Both the position numbers and the translations under genes were made by a program. The notes under the pieces were generated by a model, which worked only from the letters and a program-made list of their open reading frames with translations, ran no database searches and was not told where the DNA came from. From the NCBI GenBank assembly GCA_049515535.1, contig JBEKTZ010000003.1:124001-188000 (forward strand): a stretch of 64,000 nt of DNA, read 5' to 3'. This DNA comes from Candidatus Aminicenantales bacterium. GTDB taxonomy: Bacteria > Acidobacteriota > Aminicenantia > Aminicenantales > UBA4085. Each line of letters starts with the position of its first letter. The first letter of the stretch is position 1. Below are positions 40,117 to 48,853 of this stretch, one piece after another.

Positions 40117-40383
40117 GACGAACTCCTACAGCTAAAAACAATAGCTTATCCGAATTGGTTGCATTAAGCAACATCCAAAATCTTTGATGGGCCGCGCTTT
40201 TTTCAAAATTATTGTTATGTTCACGGGAATTCTTGTGCTAAAATGGCGCCTTGTCGCCTGTGTAACGAAAGCGTTCCGGTCGATGTTTATATATTCATGA
40301 TAGGGTTTGACCTTGGCGAGCATCGCGCTCCGGCTATCACACGGGAGATCGCGGCTTCCGCCGGCAATCCCAGGAGGACCGAC

Positions 40384-43300
40384 TTGAGAAAAGCGATCGC
40401 CGCCTTTATGATATATTTGATCTTCTTCGTCAGCGGGGTATCGTTCGTTCGAGCGCAAGACCATACCGGATCTATCCAGGGAAGGGTCACGGATAATTCC
40501 GATAAAGTCCTCGTCGAGGCCACCGCGTATTTATCCTCGCCGGCCATTCTTGGACAGATGATCGCGACGACCGGAAAAACCGGACGTTTCGGCTTTTCCG
40601 CTCTGGCTTCCGGAATCTATACCCTGTCCGTGGAAATGCCCGGGTTCCAAACCATCGTCCGCGATGGGATCGTTCTTGGCACGGGGATGTCGTTCTCCTT
40701 CAATTTCGCATTGTCCGTATCGGAGTCGGAGATCGATATCCCGTCCCTGATCCCTCCACCCGTCCTTGACGCGATTTCCGCCAAAACCGCGTTTATCATT
40801 GATCGGGCCCAGCTGCATAACCTTCCCCTGGCCCGCGATCTCAGCCATGTCTTAAGCTTGGCTCCCGGCGCCGTTTCGGCCGGATTCTTTTTTGATAAGG
40901 ACCCCTCCATTTATGGCGGAACGGTCAGCGACAATGTCTATGCCCTGGACGGGGTCAACATGACCGATATGTTCATGAGCACGCCTCTCGCCGGTCTCAA
41001 CTTCGATCTGATGGAGGAAATCGAATTTATCTCCGCCGGGCAGCCCGTTTCCCAGATTCCCGCGCTGGGCTCTTATGTGAATGTGATCAGCAAATCGGGA
41101 GGCAACTCGTCTTCCGGAGAATTGAGCCTATTTTTCATGAAGGACGGCTGGAACAAGGACCTGTGGACGCCATCTCAAATCCAGGATCTTGGCGTCGGCC
41201 GGCCGGCGGGGGAGAAGGATTTCGTCGAACCTTCTTTTAGCTTGGGCGGCCCCATCATGGTCGATCGCGCCTGGTATTTTCTTTCCGCGCGACGCTTCTC
41301 GGAATCCAAGATCGGCACGTTCCTCGGCCCCTACGTGGATATCTGGGAAAGAGAACACGACAGCTATGATTGGACCCGCAAGGAATTCTCGGGGTTTTTC
41401 AAACTCACGATCCGGCCCGTCTCCAACGCCAAGTTCACGACCTGGGTCAACCTGGGCGACGTTTATCAACCGGTCTACGAAGACCCTTCACCCCGCCTGC
41501 CTTTCATCTCCACCCACGTCTTGGATCATGAAAAAAACTTCGCCGTCAACGGAATGTTGAACTATGATCTCAACCAAAACACTCAGGTCTACCTCCGGGC
41601 CGCGTATATCAGCAGGAGTACGCCCACCTATCTTCAGGGGGATGCGCTCAGCCTTCCCTGGACGGATGACGCCGCAGACCTCTATGGACCCCTGAGCGGC
41701 GCCGATTATAATTCCATCGTCAAGAGGCAGCGAATTCAGGTCGATGCCTCGCTCCGGGTTTTCGCTGAAGACGTTCTCGGCATGTCCCATACGCTCAACG
41801 TCGGCGCGGACGTTGACGACTCCGGCTCGAATATCGACTGGTGGAGAAGAGACAATATGCTCTGGTACCTGGACAGCCGCAACCCGAACGGCTATTATTA
41901 TCCGGACCGCGGGCTGCTGGGCTTCTGGCTGTGCGGCATTCAGCAAGGCTCCACCGTCATCTCAGGACAGACGGTGCGATTGGGGATTTACGCGACAGAC
42001 ACTTTCTCCGTTACCAAGCGTCTGACGTTCACCCTCGGGCTCCGCTTCGAGCGTTCCTGGGGTTGGTTTCCTACGGGCTCCAAAACGATATCCGGAGACG
42101 CCCTTTCCATTTTCCTCGGAGATGCGGTGCTCAGCCCTTATGTGGCATCGGCCTATCCTGATGATTTTTCCAATGGTTTCAATCCCTGGAATGCGTTCAC
42201 TTTGGGCGGAGGGGCCAATGTCCTATCCTGGAATGCTCTTTCCCCGCGGGTCGGACTGGCCTTCGACATCCTGGGAACCGGGAAAACCATCCTCAAGGCC
42301 GGCTATGCCCGCTATGCGGATGCCCTCTCTCACCGTTATTTAATGCCTCTCAATCCACTGTATCCTCAATATATTTCTTTTTACTGGCTGGATGCCAACG
42401 GCGACGGCCAGCCCGACCAAGAAGATGAATTCAGCCTTCCCAATATTGACTATCGGTATCTTTCCAGTTCCTTCAGTCAGCATCGGGTGGCCGACGGGAT
42501 CAAGGCGCCGAGCACGGATGAATTTTCGATCGGCCTCGAGCATGAGCTCTTCAAGGATTTTACCATGGGCCTTCATGCGGTCTCCAAGGTGCAGACGAAT
42601 ATCCTCGAAGATGTCCTTTACGCTCCGGATACCGGAGAATATTGGTATTCGCCGGATCAAGCGGCCAGCAGCCGATATTGGGTTCCTTTCACGACCACCG
42701 TCCCCGGCACCGGCTCTCTTTCCAGCCAAACCCTGACGTTTTACGCCAAATCCCTTCAAGCTCCTCAGGCCTTCCTTCAATTGCGAAACGTTCCTGAACT
42801 CAAGCGGAGTTACCGGGCCCTGGAGTTCTCTTTTCGCAAACGCATGGCCCGAGGCTGGCAGCTGTCCGGTTCGCTGATCCTGAGCAAAGCCGAAGGGAAT
42901 ATCGGCGGTGAAACCGATGAAACCACGGCTTATACGGAGGCGGCCAACAGCCCCAATTATTTCATCAACCGGGACGGGGCGCTGGACACGGACAGACCTT
43001 TACAGATCAAGCTCTTCGGCACAGTGGAACTTCCCTTCGGATTCGATCTCAGCGCCTATTATCATTATCAGAGCGGCCGTCCCTGGCAGAGATGGGCTCT
43101 GATTCTCCCGCCGGCCGACTGGTGCGCGGCCCACGATGTCGAATGGACCTACTACTCCATCAATCTTGAGACTCCGGGGGCGCAGAGGGAAAAAGCCTGG
43201 TCGTCTCTCGACCTGCGGCTGGAAAAGCAATGGTCTCTGGGCGCTTCGAGCAAAATGGCGGTGTATGCCGATGTCACCAATCTGCTGGGTTTTACGGCTT

Positions 43301-43452
43301 CCCTCGCGGGCCTGAACGATATTTACAGTTGGGCCCCAGCCGCCGAGGGCGCGGGGAAATCCGGCCTGACATTATTGCGATCCGACTACCAGGTCACGAG
43401 CACCCTCTACGGCAAACGCACGGTCAGTCTCGGACTCAGATTGACTTTTTAA
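40384..43452 (+). CDS. TonB-dependent receptor-like outer membrane protein with carboxypeptidase-regulatory-like N-terminal domain
   Basis: RBS aggagg before a TTG start, signal peptide, GSIQGRVTD, KSGGN, LGGPI, SPRVGLAFD and terminal LRLTF. Confidence 0.85.
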   Translation: MRKAIAAFMIYLIFFVSGVSFVRAQDHTGSIQGRVTDNSDKVLVEATAYLSSPAILGQMIATTGKTGRFGFSALASGIYTLSVEMPGFQTIVRDGIVLGTGMSFSFNFALSVSESEIDIPSLIPPPVLDAISAKTAFIIDRAQLHNLPLARDLSHVLSLAPGAVSAGFFFDKDPSIYGGTVSDNVYALDGVNMTDMFMSTPLAGLNFDLMEEIEFISAGQPVSQIPALGSYVNVISKSGGNSSSGELSLFFMKDGWNKDLWTPSQIQDLGVGRPAGEKDFVEPSFSLGGPIMVDRAWYFLSARRFSESKIGTFLGPYVDIWEREHDSYDWTRKEFSGFFKLTIRPVSNAKFTTWVNLGDVYQPVYEDPSPRLPFISTHVLDHEKNFAVNGMLNYDLNQNTQVYLRAAYISRSTPTYLQGDALSLPWTDDAADLYGPLSGADYNSIVKRQRIQVDASLRVFAEDVLGMSHTLNVGADVDDSGSNIDWWRRDNMLWYLDSRNPNGYYYPDRGLLGFWLCGIQQGSTVISGQTVRLGIYATDTFSVTKRLTFTLGLRFERSWGWFPTGSKTISGDALSIFLGDAVLSPYVASAYPDDFSNGFNPWNAFTLGGGANVLSWNALSPRVGLAFDILGTGKTILKAGYARYADALSHRYLMPLNPLYPQYISFYWLDANGDGQPDQEDEFSLPNIDYRYLSSSFSQHRVADGIKAPSTDEFSIGLEHELFKDFTMGLHAVSKVQTNILEDVLYAPDTGEYWYSPDQAASSRYWVPFTTTVPGTGSLSSQTLTFYAKSLQAPQAFLQLRNVPELKRSYRALEFSFRKRMARGWQLSGSLILSKAEGNIGGETDETTAYTEAANSPNYFINRDGALDTDRPLQIKLFGTVELPFGFDLSAYYHYQSGRPWQRWALILPPADWCAAHDVEWTYYSINLETPGAQREKAWSSLDLRLEKQWSLGASSKMAVYADVTNLLGFTASLAGLNDIYSWAPAAEGAGKSGLTLLRSDYQVTSTLYGKRTVSLGLRLTF

Positions 43453-43467
43453 AATGCCGGAGAATCG

Positions 43468-44520
43468 TCAAGCTTTCGTGCCGACGGCGGCGTAATTCGG
43501 CGCGGCGAAAAGAAGGCCGTTCAGCCGGTCGATGTCGCGATTCATGATGGTCGCCGCGGCATCGGCGCCCGGAAGGTTCTGCAGCCGTTCATCCCCGAGT
43601 TCCGCGGAATATTTGATTTCCACGTCGCTGAAGCCCGCGGATTCCATCAGGAATTTGAGCGCCTGCGGATGGACGGGACGATGGTGCGTGACGTCCAGGA
43701 AATAGATCTGGACCAGGGCGAAAACAGAGGTGGGGTTGACCGTTTCGAGAAGGAGCACGCCGCCCGGGACGAGCTTGGCGCGGCAGAGCTCGATCATTTT
43801 TTTGAAATACGACGGCGGCAGATGTTCAATGACCTGGGAAGAGAAAATTCCGTCGAGCGATCCGTCCGGCCATTCCGCGAGTTTCTCCAGGAGATCCCCC
43901 GCTTGACAGTTCAGCCCTTTGTCCCGGCACCTCTCGACCATTTGGCTGTTGCCGTCCACGCCGAACCCCTCGATTCCGTTCGTCTTGAGGAGATCGAGAA
44001 ATTCGCCGCGGCCGCAGCCGAGATCCATGACTTTGCCGCCGGGGCGAAAATAGGAAAGGTAAGGCGCCTGCTGCCTCCTGACGTCGTCCTCGGAGCCGCG
44101 GAACCGGTTTTCGAATTCCGTGTATGGGCCATCCGCGAGGGGTTCGAGAATTTCCCTGACCGCCGCGGATGAAGGCATTTTCTTTTCTTCGAGAACGGCC
44201 AGGAGACGGTCCAATTGATCCTTGAGCCGGATGAACCTTTTCATCAGGATTTGGACGTCTTCGTAAGCCGCGGCGAGCTTGTCCACCCGCCATTCCATGC
44301 TTTTGAAGATCAGCCCGACATGATGGCTGGCCAGGGCGTCCCATTCCTTATCCTTGGCGTCGGTCAGGGCGTTTTGGAGTTCGAGGAGGCCGGCCAGGGC
44401 ATCGGCCAGACCCTTACTCTCGGAGGCTTGGGCGCGCTCCTTAAGCTCAAGAAGCTTGTCGGAGAAGGCTTGTTCTTTTTCCCGCCGTTCCTGGGCGAGT
44501 TTTTCGATCGTTCGTTTCAT
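43468..44520 (-). CDS. Class I SAM-dependent methyltransferase with N-terminal coiled coil (surface-glycan associated)
   Basis: FENRFRGS, DLGCGRGE, QVIEHL and ETVNP motifs. Confidence 0.82.
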   Translation of the reverse strand: MKRTIEKLAQERREKEQAFSDKLLELKERAQASESKGLADALAGLLELQNALTDAKDKEWDALASHHVGLIFKSMEWRVDKLAAAYEDVQILMKRFIRLKDQLDRLLAVLEEKKMPSSAAVREILEPLADGPYTEFENRFRGSEDDVRRQQAPYLSYFRPGGKVMDLGCGRGEFLDLLKTNGIEGFGVDGNSQMVERCRDKGLNCQAGDLLEKLAEWPDGSLDGIFSSQVIEHLPPSYFKKMIELCRAKLVPGGVLLLETVNPTSVFALVQIYFLDVTHHRPVHPQALKFLMESAGFSDVEIKYSAELGDERLQNLPGADAAATIMNRDIDRLNGLLFAAPNYAAVGTKA

Positions 44521-44717
44521 CAGTCCTTGGAAGGAGGCTGAGTTTTATCGTCGTGAACGTTTTTATCTTTGTCCTTGCCGCCCAAGGAGTTTTTGAAGTT
44601 CTTGATTCCCTCGCCCATGGATTTGCCGAGATCCGGCAGCTTTTTAGCGCCGAAAATGATGACGACGATCAATAAAATGATAAGCAGTTCCGGGAGTCCG
44701 AGCGGGCCTAGACGCAT
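44520..44717 (-). CDS. tatA: Twin-arginine translocase subunit TatA/E
   Basis: [33 protein letters not shown]. Confidence 0.93.
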   Translation of the reverse strand: MRLGPLGLPELLIILLIVVIIFGAKKLPDLGKSMGEGIKNFKNSLGGKDKDKNVHDDKTQPPSKD

Positions 44718-44826
44718 ATATTCCTCCTTTGCAGGCGTTATATCGAACCTGATAAGGCCTGTAAATCTCTATTAAAAGTACTTCTTTCGGCTCGAAAAGT
44801 CAATCGCCGTCAAAGTCGTTTCGACA

Positions 44827-45010
44827 TTGACGAGCGGCGAATATGCCCCGCGGCTTGCCGCGGGGAGCCGCTCGTGGGGGTTCCAGAGGGGGCATGCCCC
44901 CTTGGTCGCAGGGCGGGGTCCATGCCCCGCCCGAGAAGGGGGGCAGGGCGACCGGGTCTTCCCGGTGCTCGTTGGAGGGGGAACGCGAAGCGGTCCCCCC
45001 CAAAGTTGAC
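44827..45010 (+). repeat. Family B modular structured repeat, copy 2
   Basis: Bounded by TTGAC direct repeats. Same scaffold as 48608-48794 with different hairpin inserts. Confidence 0.85.
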
Positions 45011-45066
45011 TTCACCCAGATGCGATGATATATCTTGTCCCTGATATTCGGGGAAGGAGAATCGTC

Positions 45067-46326
45067 ATGATATCGCGGCGTCATTTTATTAAAACAGGAG
45101 GCCTGGTGGTCTCCCTATCCGGTTTCGTTCAGAACTTTTTTTCGCAGACGAAGCCGGCGGTCCAGGCCAAGCTCGAGAACATGACGGCCGGGGTTAAGCC
45201 GCTGAGCCCGGAGGATTACGAAGCCCGGGTGGCGAAGGCCCAGAAGCTCATGGCCGACCATAAGATCGACGGGCTCCTTCTAACCGGAGGCGCCAACCTC
45301 GTCTATTTCACGACCGTGAGATGGGGCGTGAGCGAGAGGACGTTCGGCGCGGTCCTATCCCGAAAGGGCAAGCCCGTTTGGGTCTGCCCGGCCTTCGAGC
45401 TGGAGCGGGCCAAGGAACTCATTCCCCAAGGCCAGGAAATCCGGGCCTGGGAAGAACACGAGAGTCCTTACAAGCTCATCGGCGGGATCCTCGGCGACCA
45501 GGGCGCGCGGACCGGCCGGCTGGGCATCGGCCCTTCGACGAACGCGTTCGTGTTTTACGGTATCCGTCAGGACGCGCCGGGTCTCGAGCTTGTGGATGGG
45601 GCGGTCGTCACCGAGGGATGCCGCGGGACGAAAACGGCCAAAGAAATCGCCTACATAGACCTGGCCAATAAGATCACCAAGCTTGCCTATATCGAAGGAT
45701 TCGCAAAAATCCGCGAAGGCATGAGCCAACGCGACCTGTCCGGCGCCATCAGCGCCGCTCACGCGCAGCTCGGCGCGAGCGGAAGCGGCGGACCGCAATT
45801 CGGGCCGGGCACCGCGTTCCCGCACGGAACCCGCGTTCCCCGCGCGCTCCAGAAGGGAGACGTCATCATGGTGGACGGCGGATGCAGTGTGGAAGGGTTC
45901 CAATCGGACGTCACCCGGACGATCGTTTTCGGCGCGCCCTCCGACAAACAGCGGAAAGTCTGGGGCATCGTCAAGAACGCCCAGACCGCGGCGCTCAAGG
46001 CCGCCAAGCCCGGCGCGGCTTGCGAAGTCGTGGACGCCGCGGCGCGCAAGGTCATCGAAGACGCGGGCTACGGCCCCGGCTATAAATATTTCGCCCACCG
46101 CCTCGGCCACGGCATCGGCATGGAAGGCCACGAGTATCCCTACCTCGTGAAAGGCAATACGCTCAAGATCGAACCCGGAATGACGTTCAGCAATGAACCG
46201 GGCGTTTATATCTATGGAGAATTCGGCATCCGGACCGAGGACTGCATGGTCGTCACGGCCGACGGCGCGCGGCTGCTGGGCGGCATGGAAGCCGTCGCGA
46301 TCGAGCGGCCGTTCGCGAACGCGTAA
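45067..46326 (+). CDS. Xaa-Pro peptidase (M24 family) with Tat signal peptide
   Basis: SRRHFIK, SDVTRT, HRLGHGIG, NEPG and RTED motifs. Confidence 0.9.
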   Translation: MISRRHFIKTGGLVVSLSGFVQNFFSQTKPAVQAKLENMTAGVKPLSPEDYEARVAKAQKLMADHKIDGLLLTGGANLVYFTTVRWGVSERTFGAVLSRKGKPVWVCPAFELERAKELIPQGQEIRAWEEHESPYKLIGGILGDQGARTGRLGIGPSTNAFVFYGIRQDAPGLELVDGAVVTEGCRGTKTAKEIAYIDLANKITKLAYIEGFAKIREGMSQRDLSGAISAAHAQLGASGSGGPQFGPGTAFPHGTRVPRALQKGDVIMVDGGCSVEGFQSDVTRTIVFGAPSDKQRKVWGIVKNAQTAALKAAKPGAACEVVDAAARKVIEDAGYGPGYKYFAHRLGHGIGMEGHEYPYLVKGNTLKIEPGMTFSNEPGVYIYGEFGIRTEDCMVVTADGARLLGGMEAVAIERPFANA

Positions 46327-46429
46327 CGATCCGGAGCGCGATGCGGCCCTCTCGTCGATCAGCCCTGCGGCCCAATACACGCCGTGGCTCGTCGAATTTT
46401 AAACGGGGACGGACCGCTCCCGATTTGAG

Positions 46430-47464
46430 GTGATGATGCTTCCGACGATCGAATGGCGCGAAGGCAAGGTCATCATGATCGACCAGCGCAAGCTGCCCGG
46501 CGAGGAGGTCTATATCGAATGCCGGACCCATGAGGACGTGGCTGAGGCCATCGAAAAGATGGTCATCCGCGGAGGTCCGGCCATCGGCGTGGCCGCGGCG
46601 TTCGGCCTCGCCCTGGGTTTTTCGCGGATCAAGGACGCCGCCGGCGCGAACGCCGAGTTCGACCGCATCTCCGCCCGGCTTTCCAGGACCCGTCCTACCG
46701 CGCGCAATCTCTTCTGCGCCCTGGAGCGGATGAAGGCGGTTCAGACGAAGCATAAGGGTCTCCCGCTCGACGAACTCAAGCGGCGATTGATCGATGAAGC
46801 CCTGACCATCGAACGGGAGGACGCCGACATCAATCGCCGGATCGGACGATTCGGCGCCGATCTCGTCAAGGACGGGGACACGATCCTGACGCACTGCAAC
46901 GCGGGCGGCCTGGCCACGGCCGCTTACGGGACGGCCGTCGGCGTCATCCGCGCCGCTTTCGAACAGGGCCGGAAGATCCGCGTATTCGCCGACGAAACGC
47001 GGCCATTTCTTCAGGGCGCGCGCCTCACGGCCTGGGAGCTCGAGAAACTCGGCGTCCCGTATTTCGTTATAACGGACAGCATGGCGGGCTGGATGATGAA
47101 GACAGGAGAGATCAGCCTGGCGGTCGTCGGCGCGGACCGGATCGCGGCGAACGGCGATACGGCCAATAAGATCGGCACCTATTCCGTGGCCGTTCTGGCA
47201 AAGGAGAACGGCATCCCGTTCTACGTGGCCGCGCCGCTGAGCACGTTCGATTTCGCCCTCGAGACGGGCGATCGGATTCCCATCGAAGAGCGTTCGCCGC
47301 AGGAAGTCAAGGAGATCAACGGCAAGCTGATCACGCCGCCGGGCGCGAGGGTCCACAACCCCGCCTTTGACGTGACGCCTGCCCGTTTGATCACGGCGAT
47401 CATCACCGAAAAGGGCGTCATACGACCGCCCTACGAGAAGACCCTGGCCGTTTTGAAGAAATGA
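46430..47464 (+). CDS. mtnA: S-methyl-5-thioribose-1-phosphate isomerase
   Basis: [28 protein letters not shown] and NPAFDVTP motifs. Confidence 0.95.
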   Translation: MMMLPTIEWREGKVIMIDQRKLPGEEVYIECRTHEDVAEAIEKMVIRGGPAIGVAAAFGLALGFSRIKDAAGANAEFDRISARLSRTRPTARNLFCALERMKAVQTKHKGLPLDELKRRLIDEALTIEREDADINRRIGRFGADLVKDGDTILTHCNAGGLATAAYGTAVGVIRAAFEQGRKIRVFADETRPFLQGARLTAWELEKLGVPYFVITDSMAGWMMKTGEISLAVVGADRIAANGDTANKIGTYSVAVLAKENGIPFYVAAPLSTFDFALETGDRIPIEERSPQEVKEINGKLITPPGARVHNPAFDVTPARLITAIITEKGVIRPPYEKTLAVLKK

Positions 47465-47480
47465 GGAAACATCCTTTTTC

Positions 47481-47546
47481 CACGGCGGACGGGGCCTCGG
47501 GCTTTGCCCGGGGGTCCACTTCCGCCGTGAAGGCTCGTCCCTTGAC
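47481..47546 (-). repeat. Family A element, short form (66 nt), intergenic
   Basis: Equals the long form minus the 39-nt internal hairpin module. Confidence 0.95.
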
Positions 47547-47591
47547 TCTCATGGGAAAGAGAGCCGAGAGAAATATTTTCTGAAGCAAAGC

Positions 47592-48611
47592 ATGCGCCTG
47601 TTAGCCATCGAAACATCCTGCGACGAGACCGCGGCGGCCGTTCTCGACGGAGACGCGTCGATCCTGAGCAATATCGTCCTCTCCCAGGACGAGATCCACG
47701 CGCCCTTCGGCGGCGTTGTCCCGGAGCTGGCCTCGCGACAACACCTGAAATCGATCGATTTCATCGTCCGCGAAAGCCTGGCCGCGGCGGGCGTCGCTCT
47801 CGGGCAAATCGATCATTTTGCGGTGACCCAGGGACCGGGCCTCATCGGCTCGCTGCTCGTCGGCCTCTCTTTCGCCAAAGGGCTGGCCTATTATCACCGG
47901 AAGCCGCTCGTCGGCATCGACCATGTCCAGGCCCATATCGAGGCCGCGTTCCTCGAAAACAAGGATATCGCTTTTCCGGTCCTTGCCCTGATCGTCTCCG
48001 GCGGACACACGTCGCTCTTCTTTCTGAAGAAAAAGCTCAGTTTCAAACTCCTCGGCCGGACGCGCGACGACGCCGCCGGCGAAGCGCTCGACAAGATCGC
48101 GAAATTCCTTGACCTGGGATATCCCGGGGGGCCCGTCATTCAGAGGATCGCCGAGTCGGGCGACCCGGGCCGATTCGAATTCGCGCTGCCCCGCATGACC
48201 GACCGCAGCCTGGATTTCAGCTTCAGCGGATTGAAAACCGCGGCCATCCGGATCATCCGGGAAAACAAAATCTCCAAGGACGATCGCCGGTTCCCGGATT
48301 TTCTGGCCTCCTTCGAGAACGCTGTCGTCCGCGCGCTCCTCGGGAACATGGTCCTGGCCGCCGAACGGACGGCGCCGAAATCCCTTCTTATCTGCGGCGG
48401 CGTCGCGCGGAACAAGCGGCTCCGCCTGGAGTTCGAACGGCGGGCGCAAGCCGCGCATCTGCGATCGTACATTCCTTCGCCCAAGCTCTGCACGGACAAT
48501 GCGGCCATGATCGGGGGGTTGGCCCTGGCCCGGATCGCTGCCGAAAAGAAGGGGCGGAGAAAACCCTTATTTTCGCTCGACTTGGACGCCTATCCCCGAA
48601 TGCCGGTTTGA
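47592..48611 (+). CDS. tsaD: tRNA N6-adenosine threonylcarbamoyltransferase
   Basis: IETSCDET, GGVVPELASR, HVQAH, SGGHT, DDAAGE and TDNAAMI motifs. Confidence 0.96.
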   Translation: MRLLAIETSCDETAAAVLDGDASILSNIVLSQDEIHAPFGGVVPELASRQHLKSIDFIVRESLAAAGVALGQIDHFAVTQGPGLIGSLLVGLSFAKGLAYYHRKPLVGIDHVQAHIEAAFLENKDIAFPVLALIVSGGHTSLFFLKKKLSFKLLGRTRDDAAGEALDKIAKFLDLGYPGGPVIQRIAESGDPGRFEFALPRMTDRSLDFSFSGLKTAAIRIIRENKISKDDRRFPDFLASFENAVVRALLGNMVLAAERTAPKSLLICGGVARNKRLRLEFERRAQAAHLRSYIPSPKLCTDNAAMIGGLALARIAAEKKGRRKPLFSLDLDAYPRMPV

Positions 48612-48794
48612 CAAGCGGGGCACCGCTCGTAGAGGGATCCGAGGGGGAGCCGCCCCCTTGGCCTTAGTCGCAGTCCTATGCGGAGCATAGGGCGAGAAAG
48701 GGAGGCAGGGCGACGCCGTTTTGTACCCTAGAGTACAAAACGGCGTGTCCGTTGGAAGGGGGAAACGCGAAGCGGGTTCCCCCTCCAAATGGAC
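48608..48794 (+). repeat. Family B modular structured repeat, copy 3
   Basis: Bounded by TTGAC...TGGAC. Begins at the tsaD stop codon. Confidence 0.9.
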
Positions 48795-48853
48795 GGCGCG
48801 GATAACGGGGACTTCACGTTTTTTTCCGGGAGCACGATCCGGCCCGGTTTGTT

